From positions 80,910,001 through 80,974,000 of the forward strand of contig OX597824.1 in the NCBI GenBank assembly GCA_951406725.2: a stretch of 64,000 nt of DNA, written 5' to 3'. Source of the stretch: Octopus vulgaris. Taxonomy: Eukaryota. Numbering within the stretch: position 1 is the stretch's first letter; each line of letters begins with the position of its first letter. The notes beneath the pieces were generated by a model. It did no database searches. It saw only the letters and a list, made by a program, of their open reading frames with translations, and had not been told where the DNA came from. Below, one piece after another: positions 1-13,747 of the stretch. Position numbers and translations under genes: made by a program.

Positions 1-755
1 TATATATATATATATATATTATATATATATATATATATAACACACATATACACACGCAAACATATATATATATATATATACATACACACACACATATGCA
101 CACGCAGACTTATATATATATATTTCTATAATGTGAGTGTTTCTACGTATATATGCATTTATGTTTGCGTATCAATGTATACGTACATATGTCTGTGGCC
201 CTTGTAACATTTAGTGAAAACAAATTTGTTGGCCTCGACCTGAGAAAAAAAATCCTTTCGACCGTGTCTGGCACGCAAATCCTGTTCCTGTCAGAATTGC
301 CCGCCTATAAGCTCCATCCGTCTCATGTTTGTTAGATCCTGTCAAATCGCTCGAAGTCTAACCTGGCACTATACAGCAATAATAACAACGGCAGCAAGAA
401 ACATAAGAACGGGCTCATGTTGAAGAGTTAAAATCGTGTCTACAACGTCTCAGTGTAAATCCTCAATTACCTTGATTCCTAAGCGTATTATATTGCAAAT
501 AATTATGCATGTATATATATATGAATATACCTTCTGTACATAAATAAGATTGATTGATTTATTAATATGTAAAGAGATAGACATACAATAGAGAAAACAT
601 TAAGTCTATCATTAAATACGCCCGTACGGGTTATATATATATATATATATATATATACGTCACTTTGCAATCACGTAACTATGGTGCCTTGGGCAAATGC
701 TTTCTGCCATAGCCCTGGACCAACCAATGCCTTGTGAGAGAATTTGGTAGGAGGA

Positions 756-830
<75 letters not shown>

Positions 831-842
831 TGATAATAATAA

Positions 843-925
<83 letters not shown>
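756..925. repeat. (AAT)n microsatellite
   Basis: Direct reading; source of the poly-Ile ORFs. Confidence 0.95.
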
Positions 926-929
926 GTCC

Positions 930-1335
930 TTTCTACTAAAGGCACAAGGTCTGAAGTTTTGTTGGGATGTGGGTACGAGTCGATTACATCGACCCCATTA
1001 TTTCACTGGTACTTAATTTATCAATCCCAAAAGGATGGGAGTAAATGTCGACAGCAGCGGAATTTGAACTCAGAGCCTAAAGACGGACGAAATGCAGCTA
1101 AGCATTGTGTCTCGCGTTGTGCTGCATTAACAATCATAATAATAGTAATGGCTTCAAATCTTGTCATAAGGACAGCATTTTGGGGGAAAGGGTTTAGTCG
1201 ATTACATTGACCCCCACTATGCAACTGGTACTTATTTTATCGATTCCGAAAAGATGAAAGGCAAAGTCGACCTCCACGGAATTTGAACTCAGAACATAGC
1301 GACGGGCGAAATACTGCTAAGCATTTAGCCCGATA
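930..1335 (-). mobile_element. Two decayed family A SINE copies
   Basis: Family motifs actggtactta..ttatcga, aaggatgaaaggcaaagtcgacctc and ggaatttgaactcag (B-box on minus strand); boundaries approximate. Confidence 0.8.
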
Positions 1336-2270
1336 ATACCCAAAATAAGCTCACTCCAAAACCAAGCTATTTCTCTCACCTCTTCACATGTTTGAGCGCT
1401 ACCACTGATAAACCACACACAAGTTGCAACTATTAACCACCACAAATAACAAGTACTGTCTCGATCTCTGGGATTCTTTTGGTTTCCATGACGCATAAAT
1501 TACTAAAATCACATTATCCCCCTACACAAGCCTCCAGTCAGTCGCAGGTAAGCGAACTGATACAACGTAATATGAAATGTCTTGCTTATGTAAACAACGT
1601 ATCACCCGGATCAGGAATCGAAACGACGGTCTCGTGATCGTGAGTTCAAAAAACCATAAACCCACGCCCCTAAAAACCAAATTACTTCCCTTCGCCCCTT
1701 CACGATTTTAAACCCTCCAATTAGATCCCAGTAAACAAATTAACGAATATAAGCGAAACACGTTCATACAAAACAAAAACGAAAGACAAAACAAACAAAA
1801 CACAGACTCAAACATCCACCTACATACAAACAAGCGTGCACGCATATACACATTCATACTTAGACATACAGACATATAGGTGACAATCACTCAAGTACAC
1901 ATACACGCAAACTGTGTATACAACTTTCTAATGACGCCAGAGTATTGTTTTATAAGCCACGATTACCTGACACTCAGCAGGAAGTGCGCTTGTTGCAATC
2001 CAGACCGGACATTGTTTGTTACAGAAGGTGTTCAATTTCCATTTCTGTACTGTACACATCTTCAATATACGAGAGGTTACTTCCGTACGGCCAACACTAA
2101 TTGTTATATATCGTTTAGAAATCAACCTTCCTCCATAACCATCCCGCACCATTGCCGCCGCTCAAATTATACTTGTGAAAGCCTTTTATTTTTTGTAGAT
2201 TTTTCAGTATATTTATTATTTCTTCTTCACTAACACGCCATTTCCTTTTACCTCATCTCTTCACTCATAC

Positions 2271-2351
<81 letters not shown>

Positions 2352-2510
2352 TGTATGTATGTGTATGTACATATATGCATGTATGCTTTCTCACTCTGTT
2401 TTTGTCAATGTATATACACACACATATATATATATATGGATAAATAAAGAGGAGAGAGCATATATGCATATATGCATATATGTATATTCACATATACACA
2501 TATACACTCA

Positions 2511-2557
<47 letters not shown>

Positions 2558-2719
2558 CCATAAAGATACGTGTGTGTGTATATATAATGTGTGTATATGT
2601 ATACGCATATATGCGTGTATATATATATATATATCTACATATGTTAACCATATACAGGTATATATATATTCATATATTATACATATATATATATACATAT
2701 ATATGTATATATATATGTA

Positions 2720-2781
<62 letters not shown>

Positions 2782-3135
2782 TACACACGCACACACATGG
2801 ATACATACACAAACAAACACACACATATATATGCTTTAGTTCTCATTAGCGTTTGTCATTAATTTTAATATTCCACTCTTTCGTTCTTTCATATCATTCA
2901 CTCTTTCTCTCCTTCAGTCTCTTATTTTCTTTTATTTCTCTTTTTCTCTTTCCTTTCGACTTTCCCTTATCTTTCATTCACTCATTTTTTCTCTCTTTCT
3001 GCCGTATTTTCTTTCACATCACCGCCAACCCTCACTACTTTTCTTCCTAACTTCGTTCGTTCGTTCGTATTGAATATCCTCATCGTCCTCATTACAAAAA
3101 GCAAAAAAAAAAGCAACAAAATACACACTCACACA

Positions 3136-3185
<50 letters not shown>

Positions 3186-3384
3186 TAGACATAGGTGCAC
3201 ATACATACAAACATACACATACATATGTACACAAAAGGACCCCACCGAGAACAAAGATGTCGTCTGCTTTTTTTATTTTTATGGTTATCATAAAATGCTC
3301 AATCAGTCAGCTAACCAATTCGAGACAGCGGGATATTTTGTGTTGTTAGCACAATGGCTGACACAAACGCATATAGATATAACC

Positions 3385-3433
<49 letters not shown>

Positions 3434-3790
3434 GTACATATGTAGGCACATTCAAACATATGCAGAGAAATACGTTAAAAATGGTCGACAGTAACATGAT
3501 AGACAACATAATCCGAAAATGGTACTGCTTCATTTCTCGGTATAACTAGGAGTTAAATGTATCGTATTCAACTCAGACGAGAATTATATATTAGTTTATT
3601 TATTTATTTCATTATCTATTTTGCTGATATGTTTTTTATGCATTTATTATATTTATTTTTCTGCTTTCCATCAATCGAACGTAGCAAATGGAGGAAAAAG
3701 TTTACTGAAGCTTAACGTTGCAAGCAAGATTTACCTCTGTCTGTGTGTCTGTCTCTCTCTCATTGTCTTTTCTCTTTTTTGCTTTTATTA

Positions 3791-4080
3791 TACAGGGGTT
3801 GGACAAAATAATTGAAATACCCGGCTAAATGGATGTGTTATTATTTAATAGGGAGTTGGTCTACCTTTGACAACAGTCACAAATTTAATACGTCGCGGAA
3901 TTGACTCATACAGGTTCTGAAATGACGATAGAGGAAATTTGACACAAATTCAAGTAAAACATGCTTTAGTTACTTCAGTGACGATGGGAAGTGAACCTCT
4001 TTGCATAGCTTCTCCAAAATGCAACAAGTGTGTGATTATGCTGAGAACTGGGGGGTGGGGGGTGGAGAGTCTCAATGGTT
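3791..4080 (-). mobile_element. Tc1-like transposon 3' end with right TIR
   Basis: TA-CAGGGGTTGGACAAAATAAT terminus; minus strand reads NLYESIPRRIKFVTVVKGRPTPY*, like the Tc1 transposase C-terminus; frameshifted. Confidence 0.75.
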
Positions 4081-4164
4081 TATTTCATTTTTGCGCTCTT
4101 TGTGGCAATATTGAACAACATTAGCTACATGAATTATTATCCTGGAATATTGTTTTCTACTCGA

Positions 4165-4578
4165 GGCAGAAGGCCCGAGATTTTTGGGAGGGAGGGAGTA
4201 GCCTATGAGATCGACAAAAGTACGCAACTGGTACTTAATTTATCAACCCCGAAAGGATGAAAGGCAAAGTCGACCTCGGAGGAATTTGAACTCAGAACCT
4301 AAAGATAGACGAAATACCGCTAAACGTTTCGCGTGGCGTGCTAATGTTTCTTATTTCTTTATTGCCCACACGAGGCTAAACATAGAGGAGACAAACAAGG
4401 ACAGACAAAGGGATTAAGTCGATTAGATCGACCCCAGTGCGTAACTGGTACTTAATTTATCGACCCAGAAAGGATGAAAGGCAAAGTCGACCTCGGCGGA
4501 ATTTGAACTCTGAACGTAACGGCAGACGAAATACCGCTAAGCATTTCGCCCGAGGTGCTAACGATTCTGCCAACTCGC
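4165..4578 (-). mobile_element. Family A SINE head-to-tail dimer
   Basis: Two consecutive family A bodies with different 3' tails. Confidence 0.85.
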
Positions 4579-4922
4579 AGAATAATATTGACGGTGACTA
4601 TGCAGTTTTTGCCAGCGAAGTCATCATCTGGTTGCTCAACTTTGGCTTGGTTGGCCGAATATTTGAAGCCAAAGTCAATACAACTTTTCTTTCTTTTGTC
4701 TTTCTGTTATGTGTTTCAGTCATTTGACTGCAGCCATGCTGGAGCACCACCTTTAGTCAAGCAAATCGACCCCAGGACTTATTCTTTGTATGTGTATGTA
4801 TGTATATATATATATATACGCACATACATACATGCATACATACATACATACATACATAAATACATACATACATATATATATATATATACATATACATCTA
4901 CAGATATATACATACACTTCTA

Positions 4923-5340
4923 GGCGTAGGAGTGGCTATGTCGTAAGTAGCTTGCTTACCAACTACATGGTTCCGGGTTCAGTCCCACTGCGTGGCAACT
5001 TGGGCAAGTGTCTTCTACTATAGCCTCCGGCCGACCAATTTCTTGTGAGTGGATTTGGTAGACGGAAACTGAAAGAAGCCCGTCATATATATATATATAT
5101 ATATATATATGTACGTGTGTGTATATGTTTGTGTGTCTGTGTTTGTGCCCCCAACATCGCTTCACAACCGATGGTGGTGTGTTTACGTCCCAGTAACCTA
5201 GCGGTTCGGCAAAAGAGACCGACAGAATAAGTACTGGGCTTCCAAAGAATAAGTCCTGGTGTCGAATTGCTCGACAAAAGGCGGTACTCCAGCATGGCCA
5301 CAGTCAAATGACTGAAACAAGTAAGAGTAAAATAGAAAGA
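4923..5340 (+). mobile_element. Family B SINE, full length (tRNA-like head, CORE-like segment, central TA/TG microsatellite)
   Basis: Head ggcgtaggagtggctatgtcgtaag..ccgggttcagtccc; gtggcaacttgggcaagtg resembles the CORE domain; 3' half recurs many times in the window. Confidence 0.85.
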
Positions 5341-5732
5341 GTATGCCCAAAGAAATGCAAAGAATGTCATTTGTAGGAGGAGGGCCGTTGATAGAGGAAT
5401 GGTGTGGAACGATGAGGATTGGCCAAAGTGTCCCTGGTAATATACTTATAATTTGCTAGTGAGTCAATGTGTCGTTTAGCAACAACCGCTGTGAGATATT
5501 CTCGTAATAGATGTGTTAAATAGTTTTAGAAGACGGCATAGATCCAGGATTGCAAAACCCATATGAAGCCAGGTGGAACGAAACGAGACCAAACAAAACT
5601 AAATACGAGTGTATGCAGTCGTCTAACAGATGTAAAATCGCCGCAATACATACGTAAGTACATATATACATACATACATATATACATACATACATATATA
5701 CATTCATACATACATAAATACACACCGTTATG

Positions 5733-5779
<47 letters not shown>

Positions 5780-5853
5780 TTGTAAGAGTATATGTGTGTA
5801 TATATGTATATATGTTATATATATATTATATCTATATATATATATTATATACA

Positions 5854-5905
<52 letters not shown>

Positions 5906-5921
5906 GAGTTTGTGTGTATGT

Positions 5922-6118
5922 GTTTGTCCCTGTAGCATTGCTTGACAACCGATGCTGGTGTGTTTACGTCCCCGTCACTTAGCGGTTCGGCAAAGAAGAG
6001 ACCGATAGAATAAGTACTGGGCTTACAAAGAATAAGTCCCGGGGTCGATTTGCTCGACTAAAGGCCGTGCTCCAGCATGGCCGCAGTCAGATGACTGAAA
6101 CAAGTAAAAGAGTAAAAG
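5922..6118 (+). mobile_element. Family B SINE 3' half
   Basis: Matches about 5140-5330 (cttagcggttcggcaaa..gctccagcatggccgcagtca..actgaaacaag). Confidence 0.85.
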
Positions 6119-6217
6119 ATTAGAGATATGTAACTATAAATATATTTATATATGTACATAAGTATGTATCTATGTATATATATATATGTATATATATGTA
6201 TATATATATATATATAA

Positions 6218-6248
<31 letters not shown>

Positions 6249-6376
6249 AAAGCATATATATATATATATATATATATACACGCACTCATATATAGATGTA
6301 TATGTTCACAGATTAGTCTTTTCTGTCTCAATTCGCTGGCGTTTTCTTCAAGAACGTCACTGCCATCAAAACGATT

Positions 6377-6419
<43 letters not shown>

Positions 6420-7171
6420 GCAGCAGCAGCAGCAGCAGCAACAACAACAACAACAACAGCAGCAATGAAAACTGAAAATACACTTCGAATATTACTGACA
6501 ACACCAACACCAACTACGACAACAACAACACCATTTCCGCCAAAGCCCGCTACCGTCATCATCATCTACGCTGCCGCTGCCGCCGCCACTACCAACGCCA
6601 ACACCAACACCAACACCAACAACAAATTACAATAACAACTAAAACAACATCAGCGAGAACAACAACGTCTTCATCAAGCATTCTAAAACGAAGATTTGCC
6701 TTGAAATATGAGGTTTTTTCAACCATTTTCCAAAGTAACGAATGGAAAACTATGAATTAATCTCCGAATCAATGTCACACACACAGAAACATGACACATG
6801 ACGAGGAATTCAAAGACCGCGTTCTCGTGTTGCAAATCTAGGCCTAACTCCAAAGAGAAGCTTCAAAAGAATTTGGTCTATTACAGTTAGTTTTTAAGTG
6901 TTCGCTGTTGTTGTTATTCTTGTTATTGTGGCTGATGTTACAGTTTGTTTTAATGGTGTATTATGGGATGGCTGTAATCGCTAAGAATGTCGGACAAAAA
7001 GCGCTATGTTTGTTTTCTAAGTTTAAATCTCTCTAAAGTTCAAACTTGTCTTTTATCCTTTCGGAGACGATGAAACGAAATACCAGTCTCGTACATATAT
7101 ATATAGATACATATATATATATATGTATATATGTGTGTGTACATAAAAGAAATTATGTAATAGCTTTCATT

Positions 7172-7252
7172 AGCTCACAGCTGTTTCAGCTATATGATGT
7201 AATATACTCATAGTTGAATGTTTGTGTATCACCATATAGCTTCGCCAGAGCT
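7172..7252 (-). ncRNA. Degenerate type I hammerhead-like motif
   Basis: Minus strand: AGCT CTGGCGA AGCTATATG..CATATAGCT GAA ACAGCTGT G AGCT; A6>G and G at the cleavage position suggest it is inactive. Confidence 0.6.
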
Positions 7253-7323
7253 TTAAAAATGAAGTGCAATTTTATTTGAAAAGCATTTATATAATTAGAA
7301 AAATATTACCATCGAACATTTAT

Positions 7324-7366
<43 letters not shown>

Positions 7367-7373
<7 letters not shown>

Positions 7374-7474
7374 ACCGAGCAGGTTATCAGATGTTGCTAT
7401 ACATCACTGGTCACAATGCGCTTCGTATTGTTTTAGCCTTCATATGACGCCACCCCGCTGGCTAAGCGAGTAGG

Positions 7475-7478
<4 letters not shown>
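7367..7478 (-). mobile_element. Family C SINE tail-2 fragment inside (TA)n
   Basis: Reverse complement matches about 26087-26200 and 16434-16550. Confidence 0.85.
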
Positions 7479-7512
<34 letters not shown>

Positions 7513-7519
7513 TAATAAT

Positions 7520-7565
<46 letters not shown>

Positions 7566-7793
7566 TAATAATAAAATTAGGGAATAGATCCAAGCTTACA
7601 GGGAAAAATTAGATTTAGGATTAAATCCAATTTTATAGTATAAATATATTATATTATATTATATTAAATTAGAGATAAAACCACTATTAGGCAAATCAAA
7701 CTATGAAAAACATAAGCCAATACATAAAATTAATTTAAAAATATAAATGTTAAAAAGTAAAAAATTATTTAAATAATTTAAACTTATAAATTT

Positions 7794-7847
<54 letters not shown>

Positions 7848-7970
7848 TATATATATATGTATATATTTTTATATTTATATATCATTTTATTTATTAATTA
7901 ATTAATTAATTTATTTTTTAAAAAATAAATATCAAAAGTATTAAAAGTTTAATAAAAGACAAATAGTAAA

Positions 7971-8065
7971 ACACTACGATCGTTTCATGGCTGTACCAAT
8001 TCGAATAACAATAATTTAAAATCAATTAATAATTCGAGTTATGGTTACAGTCAATCTTCAGGTTA
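7971..8065 (-). ncRNA. Hammerhead-like motif, left arm
   Basis: Reverse complement of the 9532-9626 motif. Confidence 0.6.
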
Positions 8066-9531
8066 ATTGAAATATTTTTAAAATAATTAGAAATATTTAA
8101 ACAATATTATAAAGATATAAATAATATAATAATTTTACTTATAATAAACTCTAATATTATCACTAATTTTAGCTTATAATTATAAGAGCATTGGGAAAGA
8201 CTTTATAGTACGTTGAGGAGTTACTATAAAAAATTTTTTTTATATATTTATTAATCATATAAGATTTTTAGAGTATATTTGATAATTAGTGGTTTTTAAT
8301 CATTTAAATTATTTAATTTATTCTGTATTAAGTATTATTTATCAAAGTTATTTTATTAATAAATCTTATAGTATAGAGTGATTTTATTCTTTATTTGTGA
8401 ATTCATTCTATTTACACTTATTGATAAACCATTACTGTTCCCATTCACAATCTTCATTGATAAAGTGTATTTGTTACTCATGCTTAATGAATTCTTCAAC
8501 AATTTATTCTTTTTTGCTAATAACGTAATTCCACAAGTATTATTATAAACGCTGTAAAGACGTTTTCCGATTCAAAATTTTAGTTCATTACAAAACGTCG
8601 CTAAGATAAATATTTATTTATATTTAAGATCTTTAAATTGTAAATTTTAATATTTTATAAGTCTTTGGTGTAATAATATTTTTCTTATGTAAATATCGTT
8701 GTTTATGTAATGATCTAATCATCGTAATTTTCTATATTATTAGATATTAAATTTAAGTTTATTCGTAAGATATTACTTAGCGATAGATTTGTTGTTTGAC
8801 AGCAAGTATACGAGTTGTCTAAAGTTAGGTTTATGTATATACATGTATTAATAGTATTAATTGTAGTTTTAAATTTCTTATAATTAAAATTAGATAAACT
8901 TAGATAAACTTAGATATATTTCGACCAAAGTTTGGTCCAGGCCATGTCTAACTTAATAGCATAACTTAGTTATTGTCTTTTTAAATTGATATTAGCTAGT
9001 TTATTCCCATTGATAAATATATTTATAGTATTTATAGTATTTATTCGATACTATATAACTACGAATTGATTATTTCTATAAGTATTTTAAATAAGATTTC
9101 CGAAAGTTCGTTTAAGTTTGTTTGTTTGTATTTTTAAAATTAGCTATTTCATCTTCAAATATGAAAAATTAATTCATTAGGTCTTTATTATATGTGCATA
9201 TATATTTATTTATAGAGATTATTTTAGATCTTAATTATAATATTTATATACATTTATATATTTTCATTGATAATTTATATATAATAGTCATTTTTTAAAA
9301 ATATTTATGTAATTAGATATAGACTATTACCGATATTAGATTATTGGTGGGTTTCTTACCTTAAAAATTAAAATTAATATTTAACATTATAATCGATTTT
9401 GATATAATCATAATTGTTAAGTTTTAAGTTTCTAGTTTGATAATAGAGTTTATTATAAGTAAAATTATTATATTATTTATATCTTAAAAATATTGTTTAA
9501 ATATTTCTGATTATTTTTAAAATAATTCAAT

Positions 9532-9626
9532 TAACCTGAAGATTGACTGTAACCATAACTCGAATTATTAATTGAATTTAAATTATTGTTATTCGAATTG
9601 GTACAGCCATGAAACGATCGTAGTGT
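9532..9626 (+). ncRNA. Hammerhead-like motif, right arm
   Basis: CTGAAGA (9536-9542), T.T, long helix II TGACTGTAACC..GGTACAGCCA, GAA, palindromic ACGATCGT, GTA site at 9622; helix I weak. Confidence 0.6.
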
Positions 9627-9915
9627 TTTACTCTTTATCTTTTATTAAACTTTTAATACTTTTGATATTTATTTTTTTAAAAATTAACAAATAAATAAAT
9701 TAATAAATAAAATAATATATAAATATAAAAATATACATACATATATATATATATATATATATTTGTATATATATATTTAAAATTTATAAGTTTAAATTAT
9801 TTAAATAATCCTTTAATTTTTAACATTTATATTTTAAAATTAATTTTATGTATTGGCTTATGTTTTTCACAGTTTGATTTGCCCAGTAGTTGTTTTATCT
9901 CTAATTTAATATAAT

Positions 9916-9963
<48 letters not shown>

Positions 9964-10242
9964 GAATGTGTGTCAGGCTTGTAAGTATGTATTTTTCATT
10001 AAATACACGACTTGTTACCCTTTTACTTGTTTCAGTCATGTGACTGTGGCCATGCTAGAGAACCGCTTTTTATATTTCATATTTTATATTTTTGTATTTT
10101 CTTAACAGTCGATTTTCTTCAACAGTCGATTTTCTAAATCCGTCTCCAACGTTTCTAGAGCTTCACAGTTTCATTTTGATGTTTGTGTGTTTCTCATACA
10201 CAGATTCAATTTGCGTTGACACTGTTTGAATTATACTATACC

Positions 10243-10474
10243 TATTTCTTTATTAGCCACAAGGGGCTAAACACAGAGGGGACAAACAAGGACAGACATA
10301 GGTATTAAATCGATTACATCGACCCCAGTGCGTAACTGGTACTTAATTTATCGACCCCGAAAGGATGAAAGGCAAAGTCGACCTCGACGGAATTTGAACT
10401 CACAACGTAACGCAGACGAAATACCGCTAAGCATTTCGCCCGGCGTGCTAACGTTTCTGCCAGCTCGCCGCCTT
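10243..10474 (-). mobile_element. Family A SINE, full length, 22-bp TSD
   Basis: TSD actgtttgaattatactatacc at 10221-10242 and 10475-10496. Confidence 0.95.
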
Positions 10475-10614
10475 ACTGTTTGAATTATACTATACCAGTC
10501 ACGTGTTGATTTGTTTGTTGCGGTCAAACCTTGATTTTTACTTTAACGCCTGCAGCTACTAGTTAATTTCTTGATTTGTGTTTGTCTGGTGATTTTGGAA
10601 TTGTATTGCGACAT

Positions 10615-11092
10615 GATTACGTCCCCGCAACTTAGTGGTTCGGCAAAAAACTGAGATAGAGTAAGTATCAGGTTTGGAAGACAGAACCCTGTTCAATTCA
10701 GTCGACAAAAAGATTCTTCAAAGCGGTGTTCCAGAATGGCTGGAGTGAAATGACTTAAACAAGTATGAAATGAATGATAAGGCACTTTCTTCATAACCAC
10801 ATGGTTCCGGGTTCAGTCCCACTACCTACCAATGTCTTGTGAGATGGTTCCGGGTTCAGTCCCACTACCTACCAATGTCTATATTTATATGAATATATTT
10901 ATGCGAGTGTATCTTTTTGGCAACCGATATTGGTGAGTTGACGCCTCCGTAAACTAGCGGTTCGGAATAAGAACCCATAGAATAAGTACTTAGCTTACAA
11001 AGAATATGCCCTGGGGTAGATTTCTTCGATAAAATAATCTTTTAAGGCGGTGCTCCAGCATGACCGTAATCAAATGACAGAAACGAGTAAAA
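10615..11092 (+). mobile_element. Decayed family B SINE pieces
   Basis: Family B 3' motifs twice, plus a duplicated head fragment near 10800-10880. Confidence 0.7.
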
Positions 11093-11670
11093 GATTAAAA
11101 GAAAGTGTGAGAATTTCATAGAATTAAACAAGCATTGATTGACAACAGGCACAAAGGAAATGCTTGAACCAAAGATAGAAAAATCTTCGAAGGATTGGAC
11201 ACGTAACAGAAACCCTCGTAAAACGCCCACACAAAATGCATCATAGCAGTCCGTAAAATTAAAGCAATAATATAATACCAAGAATCGAACCTACGAACTT
11301 ATGATCATGAGACCAACAACGTTATCCAATAGGCCACAAATATATTTGATTTCTATATTTTTCTTTGTTTCTTCTACATGACTTAGTGTGTGGTTTGGCT
11401 GCACATACTCATATACAGACACACACACACACAGACACTCACACGCACACACACACACGCACACATACATACCCACGCACGCACACACACGCACACACAT
11501 ATACACAAAAACAAAGGCATAAACACATGCATATGCATTATGTAACCACCTCTCGCTCCCTTCCTTCGCACTTTTTCTCCTTTCTCTCTCCCTCTCTCTC
11601 TGTTTCTGTCTGTCTCTCTCTCTCTATCATTCCTGCTCTCTCTCTATATATATATCTATACATATCAATT

Positions 11671-11728
<58 letters not shown>

Positions 11729-13225
11729 TAGATAGATGCGTAAATACACACACACTCACACACATAGAAAGGCACGCACATATATACATAAATATATATG
11801 TATATATGGATATTCATGAGGCACACACACATACTTATATACTTATAGACATACATACATTTTATGTATATATAAGTATATATATTTATATATGTGTGTG
11901 TTTGTATGTTTATCTATATATTTATATATGTAAACACTCACACACACACACACATATATATATATACACATACACACACATATTTTTCTATCTATCTATC
12001 TATTTGTTCATCTCTCTCTATATGTATACACACACACACACACATACACATATATATATATATATACACTCATCTTTATTACATATGTTCGATACTGATT
12101 GAAGTATTATCCCCCACCCACCATTCTGCTATATCCTTGCTCAATGATCAAATATTTATTTTTGAGGAAAGGAAATACATCTATCGACAGTTAATTCTGC
12201 TAATATATTCCACCAGGCATTTAATCCCTTAAGTAAGCACAGCATTTAATCAACAGAATGACGTCTGAGCTTGTCTGTCAGTGGCAGCCGAATATCAAAG
12301 CGCTGCCTACGTCAGATTGATAGATGGAAAAGCCCTTACACAACAGACAGACGATTTCTCACGGCTAAGGCTCTGCACGCACATCGCTACACACGTAAAA
12401 TGACAGCTAAATAAATTGATAAATATATATACATATATATATAACGTCGTGGCCAAATGAAATAAAAGACATCCCTTGTGAATTGAACATGGCAGGGAAT
12501 GAAAATATAGTCATGACTGGTGTAGTTGATTAGTGATGCCACACTCCACCTACAGATCAGAGCTGATCCTGTAGATTTAGATCAATGGCATTCCAGCTGT
12601 GAACGTCCTATCTTCTTTAGAGATATCTATGATAATAATTTTCCCAGTGTGAACCTTTCATGTTTTAAGACAGCAACTAGGGTGTGATTTTATAGGGGAT
12701 TTGGTTGTTACTTCTAGCGGATCTTTGATTCAGAAAATTGACTTTGTTGTGGTTATTGTATTTATCTAAACTACGAATCAAACCTGGTCCAGGAGACTTA
12801 TATTCAAAACAGTTCCATCGGAATCAACTCAGAATTATTTAAGATGTATTTAAGACGGTGATCCTCAACCATTTGTAGCTTAGCATCCCCTTTCACTGAA
12901 TGGCATTTTATAAAATGAGCCGCCCTGTATTTTATAAAAAAATGCCCAGCAAACGTAAAAGCAAACAGCATGCTATTACACTCATAGTAAAAAAAAAAAT
13001 AATAGAAAAATTATTATTTCTAAATCTCAGAACGTGAAACATTCAGTAACAGTACTCTAGAGTAAAGATTATTTGCCAACATGATGTGGCAGACCTGCGT
13101 CTACATAACAGTAACATTCATCTTAACCAGTACTGCAATATTATGTTGGCAAATAATCTTTATTTTAAAGTACTATTACTGAATGTTTCTCGTTCAGAGA
13201 TTTAGAAATAATGATTTTTCTATTT

Positions 13226-13608
13226 GGAAGCACTCCGTCGGTTACGACGACGAGGGTTCCGGTTGATCCGAATCAACGGAACAGCCTGCTCGTGAAATTA
13301 ACGTGTAAGTGGCTGAGCACTCCACAGACACGTGTACCCTTAACGTAGTTCTCGGGGATATTCAGCGTGACACAGAGAGTGACAAGGCCGGCCCTTTGAA
13401 ATACAGGTAAACAGAAACAGGAAGTAAGAGTGAGAGAAAGTTGTGGTGAAAGAGTACAGCAGGGATCACCACCATCTCCTGCCGGAGCATCGTGGAGCTT
13501 TAGGTGTTTTCGCTCAATAAACACTCACAACGCCCGGTCTGGGAATCAAAACCGCGATCCTATGACCGCGAGTCCGCTGCCCTAACCACTGGGCCATTGC
13601 ACCTCCAC
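13226..13608 (-). mobile_element. Family C SINE (tRNA-Arg-like head, tail-1), 12-bp TSD
   Basis: TSD atttttctattt at 13214-13225 and 13609-13620; near-identical copies at 14424 and 37212. Confidence 0.95.
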
Positions 13609-13707
13609 ATTTTTCTATTTATGAGATCAGAGACTGTGTGTCACTTTGAAAAATTTATATTTCGAACAAGATTTTAGTGTCACCATCTCTAGCCGAGCAG
13701 TTATTCT

Positions 13708-13747
13708 GTGCTGATGAAGCTAAATAACCCAGGAATCATTGGTACAC
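13708..13747 (+). ncRNA. Degenerate hammerhead-like motif
   Basis: GTG CTGATGA ..GGAATC attg GTA CAC; the GAAAC half is decayed; lies at the tip of a long imperfect hairpin. Confidence 0.5.

Larger units (their letters stand above)
7562..9916 (+). mobile_element. Penelope-like relic with about 480-500 bp inverted terminal repeats, each with a hammerhead-like motif
   Basis: About 7655-8155 is the near reverse complement of about 9443-9916; about 1.3 kb extremely AT-rich interior; flanked by TA/CA microsatellites. Penelope assignment is inferred from the architecture. Confidence 0.65.

Noticed and set aside
8160-9440. Mitochondrial insertion (NUMT) or control region
   Set aside because: No mitochondrial gene or tRNA recognisable; better explained as the interior of the inverted-repeat element
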